Origin: an uncultured Methanosarcinales archaeon
GTDB lineage: Archaea; Nanobdellota; Nanobdellia; Woesearchaeales; BS150m-G63
Length of the DNA: 44,323 nucleotides
Reading direction: 5' to 3'
Assembly (NCBI GenBank): GCA_964630685.1
Contig: CAZVVW010000007.1
Location: 1 to 44,323 of the forward strand
The position numbers were made by a program, and so were the translations under genes. Below the pieces are notes generated by a model. The model saw only the letters and a program-made list of their open reading frames with translations. It was not told the origin of the DNA and did no database searches. Within the stretch, counting starts at the first letter, position 1. The number at the start of each line of letters is the position of its first letter. Shown here piece after piece: positions 7,969-17,707 of this stretch.

Positions 7969-8250
7969 TTATTCTTTTTTATTATCTATTGCTTTTCCTA
8001 CATAACTTATTGCAGAATTATATGCGGATTCATAACATTGCAAGATTGTTTTTAGATATGGTGCTTCTTTATTTACATGTTGTTTGATTCTCATATCTGC
8101 AACTCTGTTATAATAATAATTTAAAACATTTTTAGATATACCTGCGTTTGATGCCATGTTTTTCAAATATAGAGCGTGGTCGTCTCTAAGATCATAAATT
8201 TCGTTTGCCTCTTTTGGTGATAATGCGTGTATTATTTTTTCTATATCCAT
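7969..8250 (-). CDS. Hypothetical protein
   Basis: 93-aa ORF with a GGAGG Shine-Dalgarno-like sequence upstream. Confidence 0.7.
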   Translation of the reverse strand: MDIEKIIHALSPKEANEIYDLRDDHALYLKNMASNAGISKNVLNYYYNRVADMRIKQHVNKEAPYLKTILQCYESAYNSAISYVGKAIDNKKE

Positions 8251-8423
8251 TTTATCCTCCCAAGAACTCTTTTTTTATTTTTTATGTTACTGTTTTTTAT
8301 AAACTTTTTGATTTTATTTTTATCGGATGAATTCCGAAACGTATATAGAAAAGTTTTTATACCTAAAAATCTAAATAACAATCTATCATAAAGTAGTAAA
8401 ACTTACATGTGGGGTGCATTTAT

Positions 8424-9581
8424 ATGAAAAAACTAGAAATAATATGTAGAAAAAGTGAAGGTGATTCGCACCAGATAATCTTTAAGTATGATGGTGCAGA
8501 AAGAAAAACAATTGAAGAATTACTTGCTAAATATAATGTTAAAGAGTATGTAGCTAATGGTGATGGAAATTATTTCTTCAATATTAATTCTGGTCAAGGA
8601 ATGTCAGATTTTGCTAAAGATGCATGGTTTGGGAGAGCTCCTATTGATAGCGGAAATATTAAATTAGCTAGAAATAGTTATTGTAGATTAAGGGGAGCTG
8701 TAGACCAAAAAAGGTTTCCTGATGAAGTTGAAGGTGCAGGACTTTCTAATTATGATCCTGCTGTAAAACAAGGAGAACTAAGAACTATTTCAGGTGTTTT
8801 ACAAACTAATGAGACTATTTCCAAAGAAAAACCTAAAATTGAAACTCTCAACCCCATTGAGAAAGAATCTAAATTAGAAAAACAAGTTGATAGAACTGCT
8901 GAAGAAATTAAAATTAATGAAAAAGAGTCAAAAGATGATGTTGAAAAACAAGAAGGGTTGAAAACTCTTCAAGACTCGAATAAACTGAGCCAAGAGGAAC
9001 CTAAAATGGAATATAAAAAACCAAGTAAGACAAATAAATTTTTCAAAGGAGTATTTTACACTGCATTAGTTGCAAGTATTGGCGCTGGTGGATATTTTAT
9101 GAATGAGGGATATAAACAGATGAAAACTGTAGAGAAAGAATTGGGAAACGTGCAAGAAAAATTGGGGAAGATATCTTACTTGACTAAAGAACAATCTGAA
9201 AAAGATTATTTAAAAGATTTAAATATTCTTATTGAAAAAGTTATTAATAAAAATAATAAAATTAGTACTTTAGAAGATAAATTGAAAATTTATAATTCTA
9301 AATTAAGTCAAACAAATTCTCAAATGGATGAATACCAAACAGAGGTTGTTGGCGAAATAAGTTTATTAAAAGATAGTTTGAAAACAAATATCAATAAAAT
9401 AAACAATGAATTAGAATTATATAATCAACAAAATATTATTGTGGATGACTCTTTAGCTACTGCTATAATGGGCGTAGATACTAAACTTGATTCTATTAAT
9501 AATGGAATCATAATGGAAATAGACCACTTAAAAGAGAAAAAGGCAACGAGTTTATGGTATATGATTAAAAATATATTTTAA
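8424..9581 (+). CDS. Single-pass membrane protein with a long coiled coil
   Basis: GGGGTG SD before ATG 8424; TM segment GVFYTALVASIGAGGYF; heptad-rich C-terminus. Confidence 0.75.
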   Translation: MKKLEIICRKSEGDSHQIIFKYDGAERKTIEELLAKYNVKEYVANGDGNYFFNINSGQGMSDFAKDAWFGRAPIDSGNIKLARNSYCRLRGAVDQKRFPDEVEGAGLSNYDPAVKQGELRTISGVLQTNETISKEKPKIETLNPIEKESKLEKQVDRTAEEIKINEKESKDDVEKQEGLKTLQDSNKLSQEEPKMEYKKPSKTNKFFKGVFYTALVASIGAGGYFMNEGYKQMKTVEKELGNVQEKLGKISYLTKEQSEKDYLKDLNILIEKVINKNNKISTLEDKLKIYNSKLSQTNSQMDEYQTEVVGEISLLKDSLKTNINKINNELELYNQQNIIVDDSLATAIMGVDTKLDSINNGIIMEIDHLKEKKATSLWYMIKNIF

Positions 9582-9583
9582 AC

Positions 9584-10183
9584 TCATTGAATTAATTTAA
9601 TAATTTCATCAAAAATTTTTTTATTTATTTCTTTTTTGTATTTCTTAGCTGAATTTCTTATTTTATTTTTATTTATATTGAATCCTTTTTCTTTTAATTT
9701 AGAGGTAAGGCTACTTGAAGTTATACATTGACAGAACTGAGTTACATTACTAGGTTTTTCTGTGTTGTTTGCCCTCTCAAAATCGAGTAATACTGGTTTA
9801 TTGGTTTTGGTTATAAGTATATGTTTGTATGGGTGATGCATCTCTTCTTTATTGATTTTTAGCTCATCTAATTTATACATCTGAGCAAAGACGTTTTTTA
9901 AAAGTTTTTTAATTTTGGTTTTAGTTGAATTTTTTATAAATTCTTCTATAAATATCCCATCTACAAACTCATAAATTAAAGAATTGTTTTCAAAAGAAAT
10001 AAATTTGGGCCCTATTTTGTATTTATTTAATTTTTTTAGCCAGTATGCTTCAATTTCTATTCTTGAGTGGGCTTTACTTTTAGGGTTTTTTTCTTTTATG
10101 GCTATTTTTTTCCTGCCTAATTTAGCTGTGTAAATAAACCCCCTTTTACCTTTTGCAAAGAACTCTTTCCCTTTTATTTCCAT
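9584..10183 (-). CDS. Atypical archaeal Ser/Thr kinase-like protein (COG2112-like)
   Basis: FAKGKRG glycine loop, AIK, IEIEA, IGPKF and LLDFERA motifs; catalytic loop NKEEMHHPYKHI. Confidence 0.8.
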   Translation of the reverse strand: MEIKGKEFFAKGKRGFIYTAKLGRKKIAIKEKNPKSKAHSRIEIEAYWLKKLNKYKIGPKFISFENNSLIYEFVDGIFIEEFIKNSTKTKIKKLLKNVFAQMYKLDELKINKEEMHHPYKHILITKTNKPVLLDFERANNTEKPSNVTQFCQCITSSSLTSKLKEKGFNINKNKIRNSAKKYKKEINKKIFDEIIKLIQ

Positions 10184-10191
10184 CTTATTTT

Positions 10192-10422
10192 TTAAAAAAG
10201 ACTTCTTGAATGGTATTTGTGTCTTGCAAGCCTAAATGCGGTAATCCATAAGAATATGCCCACAATAATTAAGATCACATTAGCGGTTGTTTGTGGTAAT
10301 ATAACATTAAAATCTATTATATTGAATATTAATAAAAGATTATATGTTCCTAAAGCAATTGCTATTAATCCCACTAAGAATTCTAAAGAAATTTTTCTTT
10401 TTTGTATTTGTTCTTCAACCAT
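10192..10422 (-). CDS. Small two-TM membrane protein
   Basis: Two hydrophobic segments; co-oriented with neighbours. Confidence 0.75.
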   Translation of the reverse strand: MVEEQIQKRKISLEFLVGLIAIALGTYNLLLIFNIIDFNVILPQTTANVILIIVGIFLWITAFRLARHKYHSRSLF

Positions 10423-10457
10423 AATAGAATTAAATAATCTTTGAAGCTATTTAAATT

Positions 10458-11000
10458 TTACTTTTTATTAATTTTATATATATATAATTCTTCAAAATCT
10501 AGTTTTAGTTGATCTACTTCTTTGAAAGTGTAATTATTGGTTTTTAATATATCATTTATTTTTTCTTTATTTGTTAAAGAACTAAAGAGTAAAAGTATTG
10601 TTCCATTTTTGTTGATGTGGGTTTTTGCGTGTTTTAAAAATTTTTCAGTTAATTCATATCCTTGTTTTCCCCCATCAAGAGCTAAATCTTTTGGTTCTTG
10701 ATCTGGGAGATAAGGTGGATTAAATATTATTGTGTCAAATTTCTCTTTTATGTTTTGAAATAAATCTGACTGAACCACTGTTATAGGCATTCCTTTACCT
10801 ATTGCGTTTGCTAATGTAGTGGTTACTGCTTCTTTATTGATGTCTGAAGCTAAAACAGAAGTGACTTTTTTGTTTTTTGCTGCTGCAATTGCCTGTATTC
10901 CAGAGCCTGTTCCCAAGTCTAACACTCTTCCAAATGCATATTTGGTTACTGCTTTTTCTAATAAAAAAGAGTCTTCTCTTGGTTCATAAACAGAATTCAT
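10458..11000 (-). CDS. HemK2/MTQ2-family release-factor glutamine methyltransferase
   Basis: VYEPREDSFLL, LDLGTGSG, FNPPY and ALDGG motifs. Confidence 0.92.
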   Translation of the reverse strand: MNSVYEPREDSFLLEKAVTKYAFGRVLDLGTGSGIQAIAAAKNKKVTSVLASDINKEAVTTTLANAIGKGMPITVVQSDLFQNIKEKFDTIIFNPPYLPDQEPKDLALDGGKQGYELTEKFLKHAKTHINKNGTILLLFSSLTNKEKINDILKTNNYTFKEVDQLKLDFEELYIYKINKK

Positions 11001-11488
11001 TCTTCTTGATCTTCTTGCACTGTTTTTTTTGGTTGTTCTAATGCTTGAAGATATTCTTTTACTCTTGCTAAGATATTTTTTAGATAGAAACCTTCTATTT
11101 TTTCTTCAAAAATTTTGTTTAATTGCTCAAATTCAGAAATTCTATAGCTGTTTTCAATGTTTTCTATGAGATATATGTCTTTTAACCTTTTTAATTGTCT
11201 CCTTATATTTGATGATGCAATACCTACAAGTGGAAGATTATTTTCTGTTCTTGATTTTATTACTTTTTCTTCTATCTTTTTAGAAGTTAGGTTTTCCTGA
11301 TTATGTTTTGATTGAATTAAAATTAAAAGAATATCGCTGATTACATCTCTACTATCCCCTGGTTGTAATAAACCTATAGAGAGACATATTTTTTTCACTA
11401 ACTCTCTATCTTCTAACTCATAAGGTTTTTCATATTTCCTTAATGTTATTTCAGATAAAGGAGTATCTCTTGAAACTTTTTTGGGCAT
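10997..11488 (-). CDS. Hypothetical protein, possible winged helix-turn-helix
   Basis: 163-aa ORF coupled to the methyltransferase; SNIRRQLKRLKDIYLIE...YRI resembles a wHTH recognition helix and wing. Confidence 0.7.
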   Translation of the reverse strand: MPKKVSRDTPLSEITLRKYEKPYELEDRELVKKICLSIGLLQPGDSRDVISDILLILIQSKHNQENLTSKKIEEKVIKSRTENNLPLVGIASSNIRRQLKRLKDIYLIENIENSYRISEFEQLNKIFEEKIEGFYLKNILARVKEYLQALEQPKKTVQEDQEE

Positions 11489-11585
11489 GTTAGTTATAAT
11501 CTTGTTGAGATATATAAAAGTTTTTATATCCTCTTAAAAACATAATGGGCAAAACTTTAAAAATACCTTTAATAATTGCATTAAA

Positions 11586-12242
11586 ATGAAAAGTAAACTA
11601 GAAAATATATTAAAATTAGTACAAGATAATCCTGTAGATTTTAATAGATTTAGTGAAGATATCCATCAAATTAATCCAGAATCTAGAGTCAAATCTATTT
11701 CTAGTATACTAAGTAGAATTAATATTCCTAAACATTCAACCATTTTAGATATCGGAACTGGTTATGGTGCTGTTTTATTAAATGCGCTAGGCTATAATGT
11801 TATTGGGGTTGAAATTAATGGCCCTAAATTAAAAGAAGGGATGAATTATTGGGGTAAATTAGGTATTGATTTTGAATTAACTAATAATTTGTCTTCTGTC
11901 GTAAATGCTTCTGGAAAATTATATTTTTCAGCAAAAGATTCTAGAAATTTAGGTGAAATTCCAGATTCTTCTATTGATATGGTTACATCTTTTTATCTTA
12001 GTGGATATATGGTTGGAAAAAATGGTGCATATGGAGATGTTGGAAGAATGTTAAAACCTAAAGGAAATTTAACTGCAACCACTCAAGGTTATTCTGATAT
12101 GCCTGAATTTTTTAAAGAATTAATGGTAAATCTTATGGGTGAATTTATGGAACCTAAAAATTTAAAATTAACTTCAACATTTACAATTGATGACCCTTTA
12201 GTTCATGATAAATTTGTGCTTATTTATAGTAAATTAAAATAA
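11586..12242 (+). CDS. Class I SAM-dependent methyltransferase
   Basis: ILDIGTGYG, VIGVEIN, DSSIDMV and RMLKPKG motifs. Confidence 0.85.
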   Translation: MKSKLENILKLVQDNPVDFNRFSEDIHQINPESRVKSISSILSRINIPKHSTILDIGTGYGAVLLNALGYNVIGVEINGPKLKEGMNYWGKLGIDFELTNNLSSVVNASGKLYFSAKDSRNLGEIPDSSIDMVTSFYLSGYMVGKNGAYGDVGRMLKPKGNLTATTQGYSDMPEFFKELMVNLMGEFMEPKNLKLTSTFTIDDPLVHDKFVLIYSKLK

Positions 12243-12297
12243 GAGATAATTAAAATAAGAGATAATTAAAATAAGAGATAATTAAAATAAAAGATAA
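12232..12297 (+). repeat. 16-bp tandem repeat, 4 copies (AATTAAAATAAGAGAT)
   Basis: Three exact copies and one with a single mismatch; the first copy contains the methyltransferase stop codon. Confidence 0.92.
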
Positions 12298-12355
12298 GCT
12301 ATTCTAATAAATTTAAAATTTAAAAAGAAAAAGGATTATTAATAAATTTATTTTA

Positions 12356-12739
12356 TTATTCCCTAATATCTTTAGTTTCAGTACTCCTGTAAATAGTTGC
12401 AAATGAGGGTGTAACAACAATATAATCATCACTAAAACCAGCAATATCTCCTTCAATAGCATCACAAGTATTCTTTAACTTATTAACTGCCCTTTTTAAT
12501 TCAATTAGATCTTTATCTTTTAATGGTTTAATATTAACAAGAGCTATGGTGCTCCCTTCCCTTAAAGAATCTAATATTGGTTTGATATCAGAAAAATCTT
12601 CTATAACAAAAGGTCTTACAGTAACTTTTGAAACTCCACCAGCTTCAACAGTGTCAAGTTCTACATATTCTTCACTAGCTTCTTCTTCAAAATCCTCGCC
12701 AGCCATCTTCTCTTTAATTTTTGAAAGGAAATCCTTCAT
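12356..12739 (-). CDS. sepF: Cell division protein SepF
   Basis: EEYVELD N-terminus, LREGSTIALVNIKPL...ELKRAVNKLK...GDIAG...IVVTP; GAGGGG SD before ATG 12739. Confidence 0.9.
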   Translation of the reverse strand: MKDFLSKIKEKMAGEDFEEEASEEYVELDTVEAGGVSKVTVRPFVIEDFSDIKPILDSLREGSTIALVNIKPLKDKDLIELKRAVNKLKNTCDAIEGDIAGFSDDYIVVTPSFATIYRSTETKDIRE

Positions 12740-12900
12740 TATAAACCCCTCCTCATAAGTATAATTATACAAATTTTAATAGCCTTTATCTATATAAACT
12801 TTTCTATACAGAACAACTCACTAGACATTTAAAATTAACACCCTAAATTTAGATTATTTTTAGAAAGTTTTTTAAACCAGTTAAAATTCCAAATTCTACT

Positions 12901-13194
12901 ATGGTAACAAGAATAGGTACATTTAGAAGAAAATCAAGGCAGAAGATGACTAAAAAACCTTCTACTAGAGGGAAATTTAGTATAACTAAATATCTTCAAG
13001 AATTTAAGATAGGGGATAGAGTTGTTTTAAAATTAGATTCTGCAGTCCAAAAAGGAATGTATTTTCCAAGATTTCATGGAAATTCGGGATTAATTAAAGC
13101 TAAAAAAGGAAGATGTTATGAAGTTGCTATTAAGGATATTAAAAAAGAAAAAACAGTTATTGTACATCCAGTACACCTCAAAAAATTAAAGTAG
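12901..13194 (+). CDS. rpl21e: 50S ribosomal protein L21e
   Basis: RRKSR, FKIGDRV, KGM..RFHG and IVHPVHLK motifs. Confidence 0.97.
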   Translation: MVTRIGTFRRKSRQKMTKKPSTRGKFSITKYLQEFKIGDRVVLKLDSAVQKGMYFPRFHGNSGLIKAKKGRCYEVAIKDIKKEKTVIVHPVHLKKLK

Positions 13195-13206
13195 TTTTTA
13201 TATAAA

Positions 13207-13560
13207 ATGAAACTAGAAATAATTGAAGAAACTCCTGTTGGGATAACTCAACTAAAAGAAGAGCTATCAAAAATCCAAAAGGGAGATAATGAACTGAGTC
13301 CAAGAAGTCAAAAATTAGAAGAATATGTTAATCAGTTCACTGAATTAAGCTCAGAAGAATATAAAAAACTAATTGGTGAATTAACTAAATTAGATATTCC
13401 AAGATTAAAAGAACTTCACATAATTAAGATAGCAGATTTATTACCTGCCACTGTTAATGATGTAAAAACAATTCTACAAGGATATGCGTTAACAGTAACT
13501 AATGATAACATGAAAAAAATTGCTAACGTATCATCTAAATTTATCCCCAAGAAGAAGTAG
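13207..13560 (+). CDS. rpoF: RNA polymerase subunit F (Rpo4)
   Basis: KIADLLP.TVNDVKTIL motif; conserved L21e-RpoF-DUF655 gene order. Confidence 0.9.
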   Translation: MKLEIIEETPVGITQLKEELSKIQKGDNELSPRSQKLEEYVNQFTELSSEEYKKLIGELTKLDIPRLKELHIIKIADLLPATVNDVKTILQGYALTVTNDNMKKIANVSSKFIPKKK

Positions 13561-13616
13561 TGTTCTATAAGAAAGTTTAAATACTAATATATTATTAAAT
13601 TGATAAAGGTAAAAAA

Positions 13617-14177
13617 ATGGAACTAACACCAGTAAGAGAAGAAATTGCAATTGTATTGGATTTTTTACCAAATGGATACCCATTTGATAACACTCCAAGT
13701 CATAGAAAGACTTCAATAGTGCAAGCTATAGGGAAAGAGCATTTAATTTTACTAGAATTGGTTCCTAAAAAAGATGTTAAATTACAAATTGGAGATGAAA
13801 TTTATATTGGTGAAGGAAAAAGAGATCAGATTCATCATATCTTAGGAAAATTAGAAACCCCAAAATTAACTAAAACTGCTGAAAAAGAATTAAAATTTGT
13901 TATTGAAAAAATATTAGACCGAAACCAGACAAAATTTGTTGAATTTTTCAATAAAGCTCAACCTTTGACCACTAGAATGCACCAGATTGAACTTTTACCT
14001 GGATTAGGTAAAAAACACATGTGGGAAATTATAGAAGAACGAAGAATAGAGCCATTTAAAGATTTTGAAGATTTAAAGAAAAGAGTAAAATTAATGCCAG
14101 ATCCTAAGAAAGTGTTAACTAATCGAATAATTAAGGAAATAGTTGGCGATGAAAAACATCTTCTTTTCATAGGATGA
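13617..14177 (+). CDS. DUF655 putative RNA-binding protein (HhH)
   Basis: VLDFLPNG, FFNKAQPLTTRMHQIELLPGLGKK motifs. Confidence 0.93.
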   Translation: MELTPVREEIAIVLDFLPNGYPFDNTPSHRKTSIVQAIGKEHLILLELVPKKDVKLQIGDEIYIGEGKRDQIHHILGKLETPKLTKTAEKELKFVIEKILDRNQTKFVEFFNKAQPLTTRMHQIELLPGLGKKHMWEIIEERRIEPFKDFEDLKKRVKLMPDPKKVLTNRIIKEIVGDEKHLLFIG

Positions 14178-14302
14178 ACATACTAATAATTAGTTCTAAA
14201 TAGTAATATTCTTAATAATCACCACTAATAAGTACTAAAAACAGAAACATTTATATACTATTTCTACTAGTACTACTAATAGGGGGTAATTAAGGGGTAA
14301 AA

Positions 14303-14824
14303 ATGATTAAAAAAACAATTAAAATTATATTCATTTTAGGAGTATTTATGCTGGGTTGGTTAGCTAATTCTACTTACCCCATTGTGTTGACTAACTCAGT
14401 TACTCCTTTTCAAACTTTTATGATTTATGAAGAGCCTTCTGCAAATAGTGCAAGAGAAAGAAACTCTCCATACGACCATATTAAAGAGTCACAAATCAAG
14501 GTTTTTAGCGATAAAATTATAATTGATATAGAAGACCCAGAATGGGCAACTTTCACTGATACTAACTCTATGGACCCTGTTATTGATGCAGGAGCTAACG
14601 CAATAGAAATAATCCCTAAAACTACAGATCAAATTCACTTAGGAGACATAATTTCCTATAATTCTCCTTACACTGATGGTTCAATAATCCACAGAGTAAT
14701 TAAAATAGGTCAAGATAAACAAGGTTGGTATTGTAAATTAAAGGGAGATAACAATAATTTTGAAGATCCTGGAAAAATCAGGTTTGACCAAATACAACGT
14801 GTTGTTGTAGCTATAATCTATTAA
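14303..14824 (+). CDS. Signal peptidase I (S26B, Sec11-like)
   Basis: N-terminal TM segment; TNSMDP (catalytic Ser), IIHRV (His) and KGDNN motifs. Confidence 0.88.
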   Translation: MIKKTIKIIFILGVFMLGWLANSTYPIVLTNSVTPFQTFMIYEEPSANSARERNSPYDHIKESQIKVFSDKIIIDIEDPEWATFTDTNSMDPVIDAGANAIEIIPKTTDQIHLGDIISYNSPYTDGSIIHRVIKIGQDKQGWYCKLKGDNNNFEDPGKIRFDQIQRVVVAIIY

Positions 14825-14878
14825 ACATAAGCTATATATACTCGCGCACATATACATATAAATTAGGGGGATGCATAC

Positions 14879-14992
14879 ATGAACAAATTAGAACAATTAG
14901 CGAATTTAAAACAAGGTTTTGCTAAAGGATTTATTACTGAAAAAGAATTTATAAAAATGGAAGAAAGATTAAAAAAAGAAAGAAACAATTAA
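14879..14992 (+). CDS. 37-aa SHOCT-like microprotein, copy 1
   Basis: MNKLEQLANLKQGFAKGFITEKEFIKMEERLKKERNN; AGGGGG SD and TATA upstream; paralog at 18177. Confidence 0.7.
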   Translation: MNKLEQLANLKQGFAKGFITEKEFIKMEERLKKERNN

Positions 14993-15159
14993 AATTTTCC
15001 CATCATTCTTTTTTTAAATTCTTCAAGTCTTTGAGATTGTTTCAAAGAAGTTTTCATCAATAAAATATTTTTCTCTTTTAACTCATCAATCTGTCTATCT
15101 CTCTTTTTCAGCTCTTTAGAGTACCATTCTTTGAGTTTTTCAATTTCTTTTTTTATCAT
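14989..15159 (-). CDS. Small coiled-coil protein
   Basis: Overlaps the stop of the ThyA-like gene; heptad pattern. Confidence 0.7.
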   Translation of the reverse strand: MIKKEIEKLKEWYSKELKKRDRQIDELKEKNILLMKTSLKQSQRLEEFKKRMMGKF

Positions 15160-15808
15160 GTTTACCTTCAATTATTTCTTTAATTTCATCAAATTTATCT
15201 TTAAATATATGGGCGCTATTGGAAAATATGCCAATTACTCCTTGTTCAACATTTAATTTTTTACATACATCTTTTTGTAAAATGCTTAATTGGTATATGT
15301 TTGCAGGCCAACCCATAAAGATATCATTACTCCTGATCATCATAGTCAAATTAAGTTTACCTTTCCTTAATTTAAAATCTATAGTCATCATACTTGGAGT
15401 ATCTTTTCTATGTATATTTGCATCATTTATTGGATCCCATAATGAGATAACTGCCCTCCTACTAGTTGGATTATTTTTTAATAGTGGAATCACAAAATCA
15501 TCAATTTGATTTAATTTACTTTGATAGGAAAAAATCCTAGTTCCAGGGGTATAGGAATATCCAGGAGCTAATTTTTTTAATAGCATAATATTTGCTATTT
15601 CACTTCTAGGTGGATAGAACCATTTTTTAAAATCTTCAAGAAGTTCTATTGGTTTTAAAATTCCTTCTGATGGATTAGATATTTCAATATAAAAATTTAA
15701 TACTTCTCTGCATATCCTTTTATCTCCATCGATAAAATCTTTACCTTTATCAAGTATCAATTTCAGGCTTTTCTTCCAAACTTCTAAAGCTGTTTTTTCT
15801 TTAATCAT
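15140..15808 (-). CDS. Thymidylate synthase (ThyA)-fold protein with Ser at the catalytic Cys
   Basis: NPTSRRAVISLWDP, DTPS (normally PC), RSND, WPAN and SAHIF motifs. Confidence 0.85.
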   Translation of the reverse strand: MIKEKTALEVWKKSLKLILDKGKDFIDGDKRICREVLNFYIEISNPSEGILKPIELLEDFKKWFYPPRSEIANIMLLKKLAPGYSYTPGTRIFSYQSKLNQIDDFVIPLLKNNPTSRRAVISLWDPINDANIHRKDTPSMMTIDFKLRKGKLNLTMMIRSNDIFMGWPANIYQLSILQKDVCKKLNVEQGVIGIFSNSAHIFKDKFDEIKEIIEGKHDKKRN

Positions 15809-15816
15809 TTTATCTT

Positions 15817-17436
15817 TTAATCTTGAATAAAACTAGTAAGTTTTAGATTAGTTCCTTTCACCTCGCCAAAATCATAACAAAATAAAGGTAACCTATAACT
15901 AGTCATGATTATGTTAAATTCTCTACATACATCATCTGGGTCTATTTCCCCACTTCTAAAAAATCTTGCTCTATCCCCTCCAGAAAATATTTCAAATAGT
16001 TTTTCTTTTCCGACCAGCACATTCTTTAATTCCTTAGAGTATATATCTTTTGTATCTTTTATTTCTACTTTAGGAAAACTGCCTTTGCTAAAGTAAGGAT
16101 CCTCTTTAAATTCTCTAAAAGCAGAAGAAAAAGCAATCCTAAATCTTGTAGGCATGCCACAACTTTTGTAAATAATTTCCTCAACAATGCAAAATCTATC
16201 GATTGACCCCCTTGTAGACTTCAGAAGTTCTACAACGAATTCTTGATCCATCTTTGGCTCTTTCCAACCATAATTCCAAAGCCTTATATAATTTCTACCA
16301 AATCTAAATAATTCTTTAGGGTCATTCATCAACCACAATATAGGTTTAAAATATTCCTCTGCCCTTCTTCTTTGAAGGGAATTGGCAGATAATAATGATC
16401 TTGCCATTTTTCTTACAAATATTTTAAAAGACTTTGCTGTTTTATTTTCTTCTAAATATCTTTTAACATCTATAGCAATGGAAGATTGACTACATATCAC
16501 TCCATAACTTTCTTTTTGAAGTTCATTTTGGTATATCTCCCATTCTTGTGAATCAAATGTATATCCCCCTGCTTTTCCAACAATATATGGGGCATTTAAT
16601 AAATCATTATTTTTTATATATAGATATCTCCTTTTATTGGAAAATATATCTATTAATTTTTTAAAAAAATCTAAATTATCTTGCATCCATTTAGTTTTAA
16701 CTCCAAACACAAAATCAATATGTCCATCAATGCCTAATTTAGTATAATGTCTTATTATTTCTAAGAGTCGACTTTTATTAGTTAGATTACTTAATTCGAT
16801 TATGCAACTTATCTTTTTTCCATAATCTCTACATTCAGACTTTATTTTTTTTAAAAGTGATTTTAATTCATTTTCATCACAATTTTCAATAATAAACTCG
16901 AAATTATTTAATCCAATAGCATCATTGACGCAAGAAAAAGAATCTTCAATAGCTTTATTTAATTTTTCTAAATCTCTTAGATTTTTACATTCAAGAAGGA
17001 TTGAATTTACCCTATCGATCCATGTTGCAGTTTCAAATTTGGCAACCCATCCTTTTTGTTCATGTCCTTCTATTGGCATTGCAGGCATTAAAGGTTTTGA
17101 AATAATTATTTTTCTTTTATGTTTTTCAACTGTTAATTCTTCTCCTTTTTCTAATGCGAGGGAAAAATATTTTTCTCCTTTTGAACCTTCTTTACTTACT
17201 TTTAATATCCCTTCCCCTATCATTCTATTCAAATGATATAATAATCTTCTATGTAGTCTTGCTTTATCTCTTTTTGCAATTAATAATTTTTCTTTATCAC
17301 TTATTTTACTTTTAAAACTAGCATCGATTCTTCTATATGTTTTAGGATATGTTTTTTTTAATATTTCAGAAGTAGATACCTCTGTTTCAGGATTTCTCTT
17401 AAAAATAGATAATATTTTATATTCAGTTGAATGCAT
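15817..17436 (-). CDS. 539-aa hypothetical protein with a probable N-terminal winged-helix domain
   Basis: RLHRRLLYHLNRMIGEGILKV...GEKYF has a wHTH-like pattern; the rest is unrecognised. Confidence 0.75.
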   Translation of the reverse strand: MHSTEYKILSIFKRNPETEVSTSEILKKTYPKTYRRIDASFKSKISDKEKLLIAKRDKARLHRRLLYHLNRMIGEGILKVSKEGSKGEKYFSLALEKGEELTVEKHKRKIIISKPLMPAMPIEGHEQKGWVAKFETATWIDRVNSILLECKNLRDLEKLNKAIEDSFSCVNDAIGLNNFEFIIENCDENELKSLLKKIKSECRDYGKKISCIIELSNLTNKSRLLEIIRHYTKLGIDGHIDFVFGVKTKWMQDNLDFFKKLIDIFSNKRRYLYIKNNDLLNAPYIVGKAGGYTFDSQEWEIYQNELQKESYGVICSQSSIAIDVKRYLEENKTAKSFKIFVRKMARSLLSANSLQRRRAEEYFKPILWLMNDPKELFRFGRNYIRLWNYGWKEPKMDQEFVVELLKSTRGSIDRFCIVEEIIYKSCGMPTRFRIAFSSAFREFKEDPYFSKGSFPKVEIKDTKDIYSKELKNVLVGKEKLFEIFSGGDRARFFRSGEIDPDDVCREFNIIMTSYRLPLFCYDFGEVKGTNLKLTSFIQD

Positions 17437-17532
17437 TATTCTGGAAAATTTCCTTTTTATTGAATATTGAAGACGAGTTTTTTTATAGGTCTTCTATTGA
17501 GGATTAAAAGAAAATAGATATATAAACTTTTC

Positions 17533-17650
17533 TGTTTCAGTATTTTTTTTAAAAAATAAATACGGAGATCTTTCATTTATAAATGTTTCAGGAATTTACT
17601 GAAACATTCAACTTTTTTTCCTAAAAAACGTTTATAATAACTGAAACATT
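17533..17650. promoter_or_regulatory. Candidate operator: palindrome AATGTTTCAG-N7-CTGAAACATT plus extra half-sites
   Basis: Perfect 10-bp inverted repeat at 17582-17608; half-sites at 17533-17540 and 17641-17650; located in the divergent intergenic region. Confidence 0.65.
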
Positions 17651-17707
17651 ATTCTAAATTTATTCCGATACAATCGTTTACTATGCGAAAAGTATGGGGG
17701 TAATTCA

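Noticed and set aside
14180..14290. Repeated TACTA/ACTAATA words upstream of the signal peptidase gene
   Set aside because: Low-complexity AT-rich words with no consistent spacing; cannot be distinguished from chance by eye.
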